A stretch of DNA of 31,044 bases from an uncultured virus (IMG/VR IMGVR_UViG_3300020727_000009) (lineage: Duplodnaviria > Heunggongvirae > Uroviricota > Caudoviricetes), in IMG/VR virus record IMGVR_UViG_3300020727_000009, positions 62,001-93,044 of that record. One strand, written 5' to 3'. The translations under genes and the position numbers were made by a program. The notes under the pieces are model-generated. The model was not told the origin of the DNA. It did no database searches and worked only from the letters and a program-made list of their open reading frames with translations. The stretch's first letter is position 1. Each line of letters opens with the position of its first letter. Shown piece by piece: positions 1 through 9,457 of the stretch.

Positions 1-34
1 GCATACGCCGGCTTTATCTATTAGAGGAGACTCT

Positions 35-301
35 GTGAGCAACAATACTATTAATATTTTGCAGGGTATCTCTGCTGCTTTGGCTATTATTGGTGCTTTT
101 GGTTTCTCATTCCGTTGGGTTATCAAGCACTACCTATCAGAATTACGCCCAAACCACGGCTCATCCCTTAATGACAAGATCAACCTAGAGATTATTCCTC
201 TTCTTAAAGAGCTTAGGGCACATCAAGAAAAGATCGGACTAAAGGTTGCTAAATTAGAGGGTCGTTTCGAACAACACGTAGACGACGTAGAGGCAGAATA
301 A
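35..301 (+). CDS. small single-TM membrane protein with C-terminal coiled coil (holin-like / lysis-associated)
   Basis: GTG start after GAGGAG; hydrophobic N-terminal helix ILQGISAALAIIGAFGFSF; first gene of the overlapping lysis cluster. Confidence 0.6.
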   Translation: MSNNTINILQGISAALAIIGAFGFSFRWVIKHYLSELRPNHGSSLNDKINLEIIPLLKELRAHQEKIGLKVAKLEGRFEQHVDDVEAE

Positions 302-783
302 TGTCGTACACGCCTCGTCCTGGTGACTACGGCGTAGTAAAGACTAACGGCTTTATTGGCAGACTCATCAGATTAACCACAACAAGTAGGTGGAATCACG
401 CCGTAATCTACATTGGCGATGGAGCACTTATTGAGGCTAGACCTACTGGCGTTACTTTTGGCAAAGTAGATGAATATCCGGTAATAGCTTGGAATCAACA
501 TGAGTACAGCCTTACTGACGAACAGCGCAAGATCATCGTAGATTACGCTGTAGATCAAATTGGTAATCCGTATGGCTACCTAGATATCTTTGTAATCTTC
601 CTACGTGCTTTTGGTTTAAAATTACCTCCAACTAAGCTATGGGTATCCCTAGCTAGGAGACAAGGCTTTATCTGTTCAGAGCTTGTATCTGAAGCCTATG
701 AGCATGCAAACTATTCACTAAGTAAAAAACCCGATGCCCTTGTAACACCGGGTGATCTAGCAGAGAGGTTAATCTACCAGTGA
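301..783 (+). CDS. permuted papain-like NlpC/P60 amidase (YiiX/YebB, peptidase C92-like)
   Basis: PGD motif; His in WNHAVIY precedes Cys in FICSELVSEAY (permuted order); G.PY and VTPGDL motifs. Confidence 0.85.
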   Translation: MSYTPRPGDYGVVKTNGFIGRLIRLTTTSRWNHAVIYIGDGALIEARPTGVTFGKVDEYPVIAWNQHEYSLTDEQRKIIVDYAVDQIGNPYGYLDIFVIFLRAFGLKLPPTKLWVSLARRQGFICSELVSEAYEHANYSLSKKPDALVTPGDLAERLIYQ

Positions 784-1211
784 CAGACGCACATAAGCAA
801 GCAATGAATCTTCACCTTGCTGTCTCTATCCCTGCCCATGAGCCTCGTGAGACAGATCCGCACTACCACTTGTTCAATCAGGCTAAGGCTAGGATTAAAA
901 AGCAAGGCCTATGGAAGTGCATAATTGACGATGACCTGTGTTCTGGCGGCCCCGAGCTACATCACAGCCACATAGAGTTTAGCCAAATCAACAATATGGA
1001 CATGCATAAGGTTGAGAAGGCTTTTGGCCTACATTTTGAAACTGATGAGGAATTCCAGGAGTGGATCGAATCCCCAGGAAATCTTGAGGTTTTGTGTGAG
1101 GCTCATCATCGTACACGTTTTGGTATCCACGAGATCCCAGCCCCACTCTGGGAAACATTTAGGTATCGTAAGACAGGAACAGATCCTGCAGCGGAGGTAA
1201 CACATGAGTAG
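780..1211 (+). CDS. HNH-like (beta-beta-alpha-metal) protein
   Basis: C..C, ELHH and NLEVLCEAHHR motifs resemble HNH nucleases. Confidence 0.6.
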   Translation: MTDAHKQAMNLHLAVSIPAHEPRETDPHYHLFNQAKARIKKQGLWKCIIDDDLCSGGPELHHSHIEFSQINNMDMHKVEKAFGLHFETDEEFQEWIESPGNLEVLCEAHHRTRFGIHEIPAPLWETFRYRKTGTDPAAEVTHE

Positions 1212-2073
1212 TGGATTGGATATTGTAAATATTGCCCAAACTCAAATAGGTTTTATAGAAGGTCCAAACAACGAGAATCCTTATGGAACTTGGTACGGTA
1301 TTCCTAATGAGAGCTACTGCGCTATGGGTGTTAGTTGGGTCTTTGCTCAAGCAGGCCTATCTGCATTGGTAGCTGCACAGACTGAAAAAGGTTTCTCCTA
1401 TTGCCCAGCCGGTTTAACATGGTTTCAGAAGAAGGGCCGTGTTGTAGGAAAGTATGAAGGGCAACCTGGAGACCTAGTATTTTATTCCTGGTCCGGTAAT
1501 GGTGTTGCAGACCACGTAGAGATTATTGAGAACGCTTCTCGTGATGGAATCACTTGCATCGGATTTAACACAGGCCCAGATAAATCAACTGGTAACCCTG
1601 CTAATGGTGATGGTTGTTTTCGTGTCCATCGCCCATATCTTTATGTATTAGCTATTGTTCGCCCAGAATATCCTGGAGCAGTTAAGCCTACAACAAGCAA
1701 GGCTGTTAATAACAAAGCTTTAGCTACAGGCGTTGCCGGAGTTACAGCTCTAGGAGGTGCCGGTGCTGCAGGTATTACTCATACTACAACCTCTACACCA
1801 ACAACTAAGACCACCGTTATTGTTGCGCCACCCTTCCCAGGATCTAGCGCCTTTAAAGTTGGGGCTAAGGGAACATCTGAGTTGATAGTAGCTAGGGCTT
1901 TAGCTAACGCTGGTTTACTCCCAATGAACTTAGTATCCAATGTTCTTACACAAGAAGAGATAGCTTTGATTCCTGTGTATCAGTCTAAGTACCCAGGTTT
2001 GACCGCAGAGAAAAAAGCTGGGGTCGTTGGTAAAAATACATACCTATCCATGGCAGCAAAGGCAGGCTATTAA
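1204..2073 (+). CDS. endolysin: N-terminal CHAP domain, Ala/Gly/Thr-rich linker, probable C-terminal peptidoglycan-binding domain
   Basis: IAQTQIG.E, YCAMGVSWV (catalytic Cys), PGDLVFY and DHVEII (His); C-terminal FPG...YQ...GVVGKNTY. Confidence 0.85.
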   Translation: MSSGLDIVNIAQTQIGFIEGPNNENPYGTWYGIPNESYCAMGVSWVFAQAGLSALVAAQTEKGFSYCPAGLTWFQKKGRVVGKYEGQPGDLVFYSWSGNGVADHVEIIENASRDGITCIGFNTGPDKSTGNPANGDGCFRVHRPYLYVLAIVRPEYPGAVKPTTSKAVNNKALATGVAGVTALGGAGAAGITHTTTSTPTTKTTVIVAPPFPGSSAFKVGAKGTSELIVARALANAGLLPMNLVSNVLTQEEIALIPVYQSKYPGLTAEKKAGVVGKNTYLSMAAKAGY

Positions 2074-2402
2074 TGAAGTTGTTTCAGAAGCTATCTGACT
2101 GGGCTGCAATATCTTTTGGTTCCCCTTGGTTCTTTATCTTTCACCTGCTTTGGTGGGGAAGCTGGGTAGTCTTTGCCATAGAGCCGTTCCCGTACGGACT
2201 CTTAACTCTCATAGTTTCTTTGGAGTCTATTCTTTTATCCGGGTTGATCTTGAACGCTACTAACCGTTCAGGTGAGGAAGATAGGCGCATTATTAGTAAG
2301 GATCTAAAGCTAGATCAGGCAACCCATAATCATATTGAGGAAATGCGCAGGCATATCAACCTGATTATGGATCATATGGGCGTAGACGATACCCGTCCAT
2401 AA
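2073..2402 (+). CDS. DUF1003-like membrane protein
   Basis: SD..A..FGS.WF, PFPYGLLTLIVSLESI.L...IL..NR motifs; two TM helices. Confidence 0.8.
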   Translation: MKLFQKLSDWAAISFGSPWFFIFHLLWWGSWVVFAIEPFPYGLLTLIVSLESILLSGLILNATNRSGEEDRRIISKDLKLDQATHNHIEEMRRHINLIMDHMGVDDTRP

Positions 2403-2403
2403 T

Positions 2404-2432
2404 TTGCAAGTACTTGTATTACCTTGTATACT
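2404..2432 (+). promoter_or_regulatory. sigmaA/sigma70-like promoter
   Basis: TTGCAA (2404-2409), 17 bp spacer, TATACT (2427-2432), upstream of AAGGAG RBS. Confidence 0.65.
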
Positions 2433-2452
2433 ATTAGTAGAAGGAGATAAAG

Positions 2453-2689
2453 ATGATTAAGTTCAACTTTAAGAGTCCTGTGTCAATGGGAATTGCCAGT
2501 TCAGCCGGGTTTAGCGCCTGGGCCGCATCTGGCTTTGCACCGGATATCAAGCATATTGGCCTTGCAGCATCGGCAGCATTAGCAGGTACGGCTCAGCCAA
2601 GCTTCTCGTCTTCACAGCCTAATGTTCAGGCTGAGTCCCATATTGTTACGCCTTACGTAAACAATGTAACTACTACAGAGGGAAAATAA
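2453..2689 (+). CDS. small hydrophobic protein (possible holin component)
   Basis: AAGGAG RBS; Ala/Ser-rich hydrophobic segments; lysis context. Confidence 0.55.
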   Translation: MIKFNFKSPVSMGIASSAGFSAWAASGFAPDIKHIGLAASAALAGTAQPSFSSSQPNVQAESHIVTPYVNNVTTTEGK

Positions 2690-2989
2690 ATGCATCTACC
2701 ACAATCAGAAAAGGCTCTTGTTGAGCACTACGTTTACGCAACTGCAGCAGCAGCTGTGGCTATCTATCAGACAGGTAATCACCACTGGCGCCACATTGCA
2801 TTTGCAGCCGTAGTCGGTGTAGTTGGCCCACTTGTCGCTAAGTTTAATCCAAAGGGTACAATCAACGAGCTTGCTAAGAAGGAGCATCTTGATGCAGTTA
2901 CTACCGCAGCCATCAGCTCTGTAGCAACTGCTGCAGTAGCAGATGCTCAAAAGGCCGTTGCTAAGGCAGCTGTAGAAGCAGCCAAGTAA
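2690..2989 (+). CDS. putative holin
   Basis: two hydrophobic helices followed by NP.. motif; last gene before the terminator in the lysis cassette. Confidence 0.55.
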   Translation: MHLPQSEKALVEHYVYATAAAAVAIYQTGNHHWRHIAFAAVVGVVGPLVAKFNPKGTINELAKKEHLDAVTTAAISSVATAAVADAQKAVAKAAVEAAK

Positions 2990-3004
2990 TTACTCTAGGT
3001 AATT

Positions 3005-3031
3005 GGCCGGGGAATTACACCCCGGCCTTTT
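3005..3031 (+). terminator. intrinsic terminator
   Basis: GGCCGGGG-AATTACA-CCCCGGCC followed by TTTT. Confidence 0.85.
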
Positions 3032-3069
3032 GCTTTTACGGGTATACTGGAACCGTCTAAGGAGTAAAC

Positions 3070-3612
3070 ATGGCTGAGTCGCATCAAAACTGGCAGTACC
3101 TAGGTGCTAGCGGTTTCATTGGAGCGTACACCACTACAGGTGGTGGCGGTACTCCTGTCGTCCCACGAAGCGAGATGGACTTCCTCCGCATCGGTATTGG
3201 CCGTGCCCCTCAAGCAGAGTATCCAGACGGTTACCTAGGATCTATTCGCTCACGTCGAGATGATAAGGGCAAGCCTTATGCAGTCTCAGATGTAGTTCTT
3301 GACTCTCTTAAGAATCGTCAGAACCAACGTGCATACCAACGTGGCGTGCACCGTGGAGAGCGCATTGATCCGGCTCAGTACTTGTGGCCACAGAACATGC
3401 AGCCAGATCGTAGAGTTATGGCACGTCCACAGCTTGTAGATAACGACGGCTCTATTACTATGGACATGAAGAGGAACTCTCCTCTAACTCAGCTAGCCCC
3501 AGCACCGCATCTTGTTAACGATGGTAAGTCTAATATTTCAGCTAATGTCCCTGCCGAGTTCAATCCTCGCACAGCAGATACCTTCTCCCATCTAAAGCCT
3601 AGGTGGCAATAG
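3070..3612 (+). CDS. hypothetical phage protein
   Basis: TATACT at 3043-3048, AAGGAG RBS, 180 aa ORF. Confidence 0.75.
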   Translation: MAESHQNWQYLGASGFIGAYTTTGGGGTPVVPRSEMDFLRIGIGRAPQAEYPDGYLGSIRSRRDDKGKPYAVSDVVLDSLKNRQNQRAYQRGVHRGERIDPAQYLWPQNMQPDRRVMARPQLVDNDGSITMDMKRNSPLTQLAPAPHLVNDGKSNISANVPAEFNPRTADTFSHLKPRWQ

Positions 3613-4358
3613 TGGATGACTCTTTAAAAGCACAGTTACTATCAGGTAAGGATGAGGCCAATACCTATGATGGTAGCGCTTGGAATCCTACACCTGAAGA
3701 ACGTGCTGCTAAAGGTGTGCGGCCAGGTGCAGTCTTTCCTGGAGTTCCCCTTGTTGATTCACAAGCTAAAGATGTTCCTGTTGATGATGACGGCATCCCA
3801 TTTATGTCTCATGGTAAATTAGGTGAGATTCTAGGTAGAAAAGATAGTGCACGTCTTGCTTGGGAAACCGGCATCAACCAGCACATTGAATTTCAAGGAC
3901 AAGGTGGGGGAACAAACCAAGGTGTACTAGGTAAGCACCGTGTGTGGTTCAGTACCAGAGATGTTGCAGATCATATGGCCTCCCTACGCTACGGCACACA
4001 CCCAGCTACTAAAGGTGAGGACCAACAAGCTCGAGAGCTTCGTTGGGGTCATATCCATGAGGACCTTAAGAATCGCTTGCTTAACGCTGATATGGCTAAT
4101 AACAACATGCGTAGAAATGGTCAGACACCTTACGATACACATAATCAACCAGATCGCCGCAATGCTGGATTTGAAAACAGAACTTTCCGTGGACCTCGTA
4201 TAGCTACAGACAGACTTACCGGAGCCACGTATAATACCAATGATCTTAAGTCAGCTTTTAGAGAAAATCGCTTTAAGCCTATCAAGAGAATCACACCCGT
4301 TGAGATTGACCGTAGGTACGGTTCGCCTCGTAACATTGACTGGAAGGCCCCAGAATGA
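3603..4358 (+). CDS. hypothetical protein
   Basis: 251 aa ORF overlapping its neighbours. Confidence 0.7.
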   Translation: MAIVDDSLKAQLLSGKDEANTYDGSAWNPTPEERAAKGVRPGAVFPGVPLVDSQAKDVPVDDDGIPFMSHGKLGEILGRKDSARLAWETGINQHIEFQGQGGGTNQGVLGKHRVWFSTRDVADHMASLRYGTHPATKGEDQQARELRWGHIHEDLKNRLLNADMANNNMRRNGQTPYDTHNQPDRRNAGFENRTFRGPRIATDRLTGATYNTNDLKSAFRENRFKPIKRITPVEIDRRYGSPRNIDWKAPE

Positions 4359-4711
4359 ACCAAGATGGTGTTTATGATCATAGCAAGGGTCGTCCTATTG
4401 TTAACGACGAGCCTGAACCAAGCCTTCTTCGCTATGACTACATGGGTCCCTTCAGCTCTATGCAAGAAGGTTTAATGACTCGTGCCCTTTACTCATTAAC
4501 TATGCCTGCAGCTTTATTGCAAGATATCGTACGTCCACCGCTACCTCAGGTAAACCTATTCCCACCACGTTTTGGGTATCGCACACGTGAGCTGGGGATT
4601 ATGGATGTAATGGACGTCAACGAGGCTTATGATGAGCCACAGCGTGTTGATTACACAAAGAGTAACGCCGGTTATGAAGGCACCTCACGTAATAATTTGG
4701 GGAACATGTAA
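4355..4711 (+). CDS. hypothetical protein
   Basis: ATGA overlap with the upstream stop. Confidence 0.7.
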   Translation: MNQDGVYDHSKGRPIVNDEPEPSLLRYDYMGPFSSMQEGLMTRALYSLTMPAALLQDIVRPPLPQVNLFPPRFGYRTRELGIMDVMDVNEAYDEPQRVDYTKSNAGYEGTSRNNLGNM

Positions 4712-4854
4712 TGGCTAGCCAACCTATTTACCAAAGAGTTATTGATACCCAGCAAGGTTCTATAAGCGGCATCGTATTTGAATACCGTGACACCTCTAAA
4801 AAGCCGGAGTCTGAAGGCCGTAATGATAGCTTTGAAAAAGGTCAAGATGACTGA
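4711..4854 (+). CDS. small hypothetical protein (47 aa, not in ORF track)
   Basis: TAATG overlap; MASQPIYQRVIDTQ...GQDD. Confidence 0.5.
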   Translation: MASQPIYQRVIDTQQGSISGIVFEYRDTSKKPESEGRNDSFEKGQDD

Positions 4855-5020
4855 CAGCGATATCTACACCGAGACTATTTATGGCGGAAGTAAAGAGTGC
4901 CGCTCATGCGGCAACATTATGGGTCCCTACGAAGCTATGCAAGTTCATAAGGGCGTTTGCGGTAACTGCCGAAGCTCTAAGATGGAACAGCTTGTCAGAC
5001 AAGGAATGAGTGAGAAATGA
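4847..5020 (+). CDS. small zinc-finger protein (CxxC...CxxC)
   Basis: ATG at 4847 preferred over TTG at 4778; CRSC and CGNC motifs. Confidence 0.6.
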   Translation: MTDSDIYTETIYGGSKECRSCGNIMGPYEAMQVHKGVCGNCRSSKMEQLVRQGMSEK

Positions 5021-5196
5021 CAAAAAAGAAGTCAGAAGGAAAGATCAAGAACCCTAACGGGGAGCACATGAAGGGCTACAAGGTCAAGAACCTGAAGGTC
5101 CTTACCCCAGCAGACGCTGCCAAGGCAAAGATGGCTGAGCAAGCTCTTAAAGATAAGAAAGCTGCCCCAACCAAGAAGAAGGCTCACGGTAAGTGA
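5017..5196 (+). CDS. small Lys-rich protein (59 aa, not in ORF track)
   Basis: ATGA and GTGA overlaps on both sides; MTKKKSEGKIKNP...KKKAHGK. Confidence 0.6.
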   Translation: MTKKKSEGKIKNPNGEHMKGYKVKNLKVLTPADAAKAKMAEQALKDKKAAPTKKKAHGK

Positions 5197-5405
5197 ACCC
5201 TATTCCCTCTTTTCATAAGGTGGCCATGACAGCCGCCCTGGGAAAAGATATGCAGCTGGTTGGAAACCCTAACTTTCCTAACCCTAGAGGGGCTAATCCG
5301 GCCACTACAGTTGCTCCACCTACGGAGCTCTCAAGAAATGTAATGATTGAGGACCCAGCGTTACACGGAAATGGTAATATTCCTACTAGATATCTAACAA
5401 ATTAG
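5193..5405 (+). CDS. hypothetical protein
   Basis: GTGA overlap; fills the operon. Confidence 0.55.
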   Translation: MNPIPSFHKVAMTAALGKDMQLVGNPNFPNPRGANPATTVAPPTELSRNVMIEDPALHGNGNIPTRYLTN

Positions 5406-5414
5406 GAGCACCCT

Positions 5415-5603
5415 ATGATTCGTCCGATTCGCAACCGTAAGAAGGTTGTAGCGGCACGTGCCACCGAGCGAGGCATTGCCGGCCACCAAGCTGCAATGAA
5501 GGCTTTAGGCATTGCCTCAGGTATACATTTTTCTGAAGATGGTAAGCCCTGGACTCAAGCTAAGATATCTAACTATATGAAAAATGAAAAAGAGGATTAC
5601 TAA
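5415..5603 (+). CDS. hypothetical basic protein
   Basis: AGGAG RBS. Confidence 0.6.
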   Translation: MIRPIRNRKKVVAARATERGIAGHQAAMKALGIASGIHFSEDGKPWTQAKISNYMKNEKEDY

Positions 5604-5884
5604 TGGCAGTTAACAACTCACGTTCACTCAATGGTGGACTAGAAGAAGGATCAACAGACGGTAAGTACCGTAAGGTCCGTCCTAACACAGAGGTTGCTGT
5701 AGGCACCGGTGACGATATCACTTTGGCCAACCGCCGTGGTCTCCATCCTTACTGGAACTATGATTTCATTGATCAAGAGGCATCTTCAATGGTTGCCCCA
5801 ACAGATATTAAGAGCTCAGTAAAGCCACGCTCTCCAATGCCAGTAGCTGATGTATCTAATAATCAAATGGGTGCGAACTACTAA
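5603..5884 (+). CDS. hypothetical phage protein
   Basis: TAATG overlap, GAGG RBS. Confidence 0.7.
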   Translation: MAVNNSRSLNGGLEEGSTDGKYRKVRPNTEVAVGTGDDITLANRRGLHPYWNYDFIDQEASSMVAPTDIKSSVKPRSPMPVADVSNNQMGANY

Positions 5885-5904
5885 GATCATAGGTAGGAGC
5901 TCTA

Positions 5905-6171
5905 ATGGAGCGTGTATATAACGACGACTGCACCTCTAAGTCGTGTGAACATAAAGGTACTGCACATACCCACAGCGATGGGGACACGGCAGGATCTCCC
6001 ATAACTCCTTGGGAAGATTATCACGATACGCCTGAATCCACCTTAGATGCTGTAGATAGTGGTCTAAAAAATCGCTCCCCAAACCATCCCGTATTTGGTC
6101 GCAACAATGCAGACTTAACTACAGGTATGCAAGAAGCTAAGATTATTCCATTCAAACCTAGGGGCAAATAA
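5905..6171 (+). CDS. hypothetical protein
   Basis: AGGAG RBS. Confidence 0.6.
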   Translation: MERVYNDDCTSKSCEHKGTAHTHSDGDTAGSPITPWEDYHDTPESTLDAVDSGLKNRSPNHPVFGRNNADLTTGMQEAKIIPFKPRGK

Positions 6172-6875
6172 TGGCAGAAGAAAGAAAAAAATCTGGTAAG
6201 CGTACCCAAGGCATCACCACCTCTACTGGCCAACAGGTCGGTGCCGAGGAGCTTTTCGACAATGAAGGCACTGGTGCTACCAGTGGCATGTCCATTGAGA
6301 AAAAGCCTATTCTCAAGGCCACCAGCGGCGTAGATGATCGTAATAGGTTCATACCTTTGGATGCAAGTGACGAGGCTAAAACACCTCGTGTTAATCGTGC
6401 TTCCCGCCCTAAGTGCGAGTACACCAAGCGCAATCACTTGCCTGCCACACGCAACCTAATGTTTGACGGCCACTCAAAGTACGGTAACTCAACAGTCGCT
6501 ATGTGCGATGTGCATGCATTGCAGTTTCTTCACGACCCAACCCTGGTTGGAACTCAAGACTTGTCCCTAAGTGCAGAGGGAAATAAGGCGGCCAATCGTC
6601 GTAGCTACCTAAGAAGGGTGGGCTTGCGTAACTCTGCTGCTGATGCAACATTTAGAGCTATGGGAGTAGCACCATTACTTCAGACTTCAGGTCGCCCAAC
6701 AGGCAGCCAAACAACTGTAAACGAAGACCTTATGAAAGATTACGGAAAACAAGGCTTGACTATTGACCATGTAACTCCGGTTATTGACCAAGCTGAACAA
6801 AATGGTGGCAGGGCTGTAACCCCTTACGATGATGAGACTCCTGGCCCACAGAGAGATAACTTCTGGGAAGACTAG
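6171..6875 (+). CDS. hypothetical protein
   Basis: TAATG overlap; 234 aa; possible metal ligands C..H..CxxH. Confidence 0.65.
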   Translation: MAEERKKSGKRTQGITTSTGQQVGAEELFDNEGTGATSGMSIEKKPILKATSGVDDRNRFIPLDASDEAKTPRVNRASRPKCEYTKRNHLPATRNLMFDGHSKYGNSTVAMCDVHALQFLHDPTLVGTQDLSLSAEGNKAANRRSYLRRVGLRNSAADATFRAMGVAPLLQTSGRPTGSQTTVNEDLMKDYGKQGLTIDHVTPVIDQAEQNGGRAVTPYDDETPGPQRDNFWED

Positions 6876-6878
6876 GAT

Positions 6879-6907
6879 TTGGCGTATCCTAATTTATCGG
6901 ATATACT
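6879..6907 (+). promoter_or_regulatory. sigmaA-like promoter
   Basis: TTGGCG (6879-6884), 17 bp spacer, TATACT (6902-6907). Confidence 0.55.
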
Positions 6908-6923
6908 ATAAACACAAGGGGGC

Positions 6924-7511
6924 ATGATGTCACTACCAATTTTAGGCGGGGGAGCTAATCCCGCTGATGAAGGCAAGACCTGGACAAATATCAAGGACGA
7001 AGGTCCTTATATTCGCCTGCTCTATTGCTATAACTGTAAGACTATCGAAGAACTGCCAGATTACGAAGGCCACCCAGATGATGACGTCTTACTGCAGGTG
7101 ATGATTGATAAGCACGAGTCTGCTGGTATTCCGCACTCAGGTTTCCTATCAAAGATCGGAATCAAAACCTATTCACGCCCAGAGGTACGCAAGCAAGTAA
7201 TTAAGAATTTGCGTAACAAAGTTGGCGGCGGACTTGCAGATATTGATCCTGACTACTATACTACTAAGGCAACCTTCTATGAAGATGCAATGAAGTGTTT
7301 TAACCTTCATTTGCGCCCAGTAGAAGGGTGCTATGATTGGAAAAATAAGAACAAGCGTCTAGTTCCTAAAGGTACAGACGAGCTTCGCAAAGATCTTGGT
7401 CTTGAAAGTGCAGCAAAATCTGCAAGTACAACGGTGTACTTGTGTGATTTCTGCCCTGCTAAGACTTTTGTAGTTGAACAAAACCGTAAAAAAGCCGGAC
7501 TATACGAATAG
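6924..7511 (+). CDS. conserved-looking Cys-rich hypothetical protein
   Basis: CYNC, C..H...C and CDFC motifs; 195 aa. Confidence 0.75.
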   Translation: MMSLPILGGGANPADEGKTWTNIKDEGPYIRLLYCYNCKTIEELPDYEGHPDDDVLLQVMIDKHESAGIPHSGFLSKIGIKTYSRPEVRKQVIKNLRNKVGGGLADIDPDYYTTKATFYEDAMKCFNLHLRPVEGCYDWKNKNKRLVPKGTDELRKDLGLESAAKSASTTVYLCDFCPAKTFVVEQNRKKAGLYE

Positions 7512-7519
7512 GATATGAC

Positions 7520-7807
7520 ATGTCAGAAGAGACCACAGACCACACACACGACGTTGCTGAAGCAACGGGACCAACTATTACTTTTGGTTATGCAGTATTA
7601 GTTACTGAAGATGGTAACGTATATGTAGAACGAAATCCCGGTATCTTAACCGTTCCGGTTCAGCGTGAAGCAAGCCTCATCGAGGTTCGCCGTTATACCT
7701 CAGAAATCCTTATGGATCTACAGGCTCAGTCAGCCGCAGAATACGTATCTCTACGCCTTGCTGCAGCACAGCAGCCACCAGTCGAGGACGCAACTCCTTC
7801 AGCGTAA
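7520..7807 (+). CDS. hypothetical protein
   Basis: AGGA RBS; 95 aa. Confidence 0.7.
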   Translation: MSEETTDHTHDVAEATGPTITFGYAVLVTEDGNVYVERNPGILTVPVQREASLIEVRRYTSEILMDLQAQSAAEYVSLRLAAAQQPPVEDATPSA

Positions 7808-7849
7808 TCTGCTCTATGCCGTGACGTAACGACGATTAGGGTAGAGAAT

Positions 7850-8776
7850 ATGCTTATGGATTATGGAGACTTTTCAGATGTAGCCCCGGTGATTACACCG
7901 GGGTCTACTTCCTATTTCAGCGCTCCTTCTCGAGAGCTAGATCCCAACCTATTTCAGGGTGAAGAGCTAAAGCATTGGGTCCGTATGGGTATCCTATCTA
8001 TGCTCTTTGATTACCTTGGCACTCAGTACAACGCTCCCGGTTCTTGGACACATGTCTGGTTAGCCGGATCCGGCGTATCTTACCAATGGGAAGCTGCACG
8101 TCAACCCGGTGATTTAGATTGTCTAGTGGGCATCAACTACGTTAACTTCCGTAGAAGTAATCCAGAGTTCTCAGGCTTCTCTGATGAAGAGATTGCAAAA
8201 GAATTCAATGAGGGATTCAATAGAGAGTTGATGCCTAAGACTTCTAATTGGGAAGGCTATGAGCTTACCTATTATGTTAATCCTCAGTCAGACATACGTG
8301 ATATCAACCCGTATGCTGCCTACGATCTAACCACAGATACTTGGACTGTAAAGCCAGATCTAAATCCACAACCTCCGTACAGCAGGGCTTGGGAACAACG
8401 AACACAGCGTGACCACGATAACGCTACCGAAATGGTAAAGCGTTACACTGATGCGTTGAATGAGGTTCGCAACTCCACTAACCCTGCGTACAAAGTTAAC
8501 GCAGAGCGTAAGCTAAAGCTTGCTATGGAACAGGCTATTGCCTTCTATGATGATATTCATAAGAGCAGGCATGTTGCCTTTAGCAAGGTTGGAGAAGGTT
8601 ACGCCGACTACAACAACTATCGTTGGCAGGCAGGCAAACGCTCCGGTGCTATCCAGGCGTTACGCTCCATCAAGGATAGCCAAACTGCATTTAATGCCGG
8701 TAAACAGAAAGAGCTCTATGGCATGGAGCTACCCGATACAAATACACTAGTTAGGAGAGCACTTCGTGGCCAATAA
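7850..8776 (+). CDS. Pol-beta superfamily nucleotidyltransferase (true start possibly ATG 7856)
   Basis: hxGS...DxD signature LAGSGVSYQW...GDLDCLV; third acidic residue in YELTYY; AAYDL motif; helical C-terminus. Confidence 0.8.
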   Translation: MLMDYGDFSDVAPVITPGSTSYFSAPSRELDPNLFQGEELKHWVRMGILSMLFDYLGTQYNAPGSWTHVWLAGSGVSYQWEAARQPGDLDCLVGINYVNFRRSNPEFSGFSDEEIAKEFNEGFNRELMPKTSNWEGYELTYYVNPQSDIRDINPYAAYDLTTDTWTVKPDLNPQPPYSRAWEQRTQRDHDNATEMVKRYTDALNEVRNSTNPAYKVNAERKLKLAMEQAIAFYDDIHKSRHVAFSKVGEGYADYNNYRWQAGKRSGAIQALRSIKDSQTAFNAGKQKELYGMELPDTNTLVRRALRGQ

Positions 8777-8876
8777 AGAACAAAAAGGTAACGCAAACGA
8801 TAAAAAAGAGGCAAAGATGAGCCTTAAAGAGAAGCGTGAGCAGAAGAAGTTGAAGAGCGAAAACAAGTATAAGTAA
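8766..8876 (+). CDS. small Lys-rich peptide (36 aa, not in ORF track)
   Basis: AGGAG RBS, GTG start; MANKEQKGNANDKKEAKMSLKEKREQKK... Confidence 0.5.
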   Translation: MANKEQKGNANDKKEAKMSLKEKREQKKLKSENKYK

Positions 8877-8889
8877 CTATACTTAGGCC

Positions 8890-9057
8890 ATGGCTAATCC
8901 GTGGCAATGCGCACTGTGTGACAAGGTATACGTGGTCGCTTCTCTAGCAAGACATTGCGAGCAGAAGCATTTGGACGAAGATGAGGATATAAATGGCAAC
9001 AGCACTGGTCTCCCTAGAGGGAGTGCTAATGACGGAAGTAGGGGATCCAATCCCTGA
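8890..9057 (+). CDS. small zinc-finger protein (55 aa, not in ORF track), probably leaderless
   Basis: TATACT at 8878-8883 plus 6 nt to ATG; WQCALCDKVYVVASLARHCEQKH. Confidence 0.55.
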   Translation: MANPWQCALCDKVYVVASLARHCEQKHLDEDEDINGNSTGLPRGSANDGSRGSNP

Positions 9058-9457
9058 TGGCGTACGCCTCTTCCGTATTTTAGCTGAGCACTACCGTGTT
9101 GTCATTACCTCTGACATGACACAGGCAAAGACTGAGCACTGGCTTCGTAGTAATATGATCTTTGGTTACGGCGATGTCTATGATGATAGGTACTTCTTTG
9201 AGGGCCAAGAACTAAGGATGCGCCAGCTCGATTATGCTATGAGCAAGGGCAGGGTAGAGCTATTCGTAGATGCGGATGCTGACTACTGTGCTGAAGCTCT
9301 GGCTAAAGGCGTCCCATCCATAATGTTTGCATCTCCCAAGTTCGTGCGCTCAAAGCGCCAAGTAAAACAATGGGATGCCCTCCGTGACGAGGTAGAGCGG
9401 CAAAGACTAGCGTTGCTAGATGCCCACCTCGGGAGTAGGACTAGTAGGTTCGAATGA
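8993..9457 (+). CDS. HAD-fold protein, apparently degenerate motif I
   Basis: ALVSLEGVL (normally hhhDxDGVL), PIPDG..L, VVITS, T.HWL and LFVD motifs as in phage PNKP-phosphatase-like HADs. Confidence 0.6.
   Translation: MATALVSLEGVLMTEVGDPIPDGVRLFRILAEHYRVVITSDMTQAKTEHWLRSNMIFGYGDVYDDRYFFEGQELRMRQLDYAMSKGRVELFVDADADYCAEALAKGVPSIMFASPKFVRSKRQVKQWDALRDEVERQRLALLDAHLGSRTSRFE

Noticed and set aside
7850..8776. NTase as a CCA-adding enzyme for the CCA-less tRNAs, or as a CBASS cyclase
   Set aside because: No class II CCA motifs (RRD, EDxxR) and no CBASS effector neighbours; only the generic Pol-beta signature is supported.
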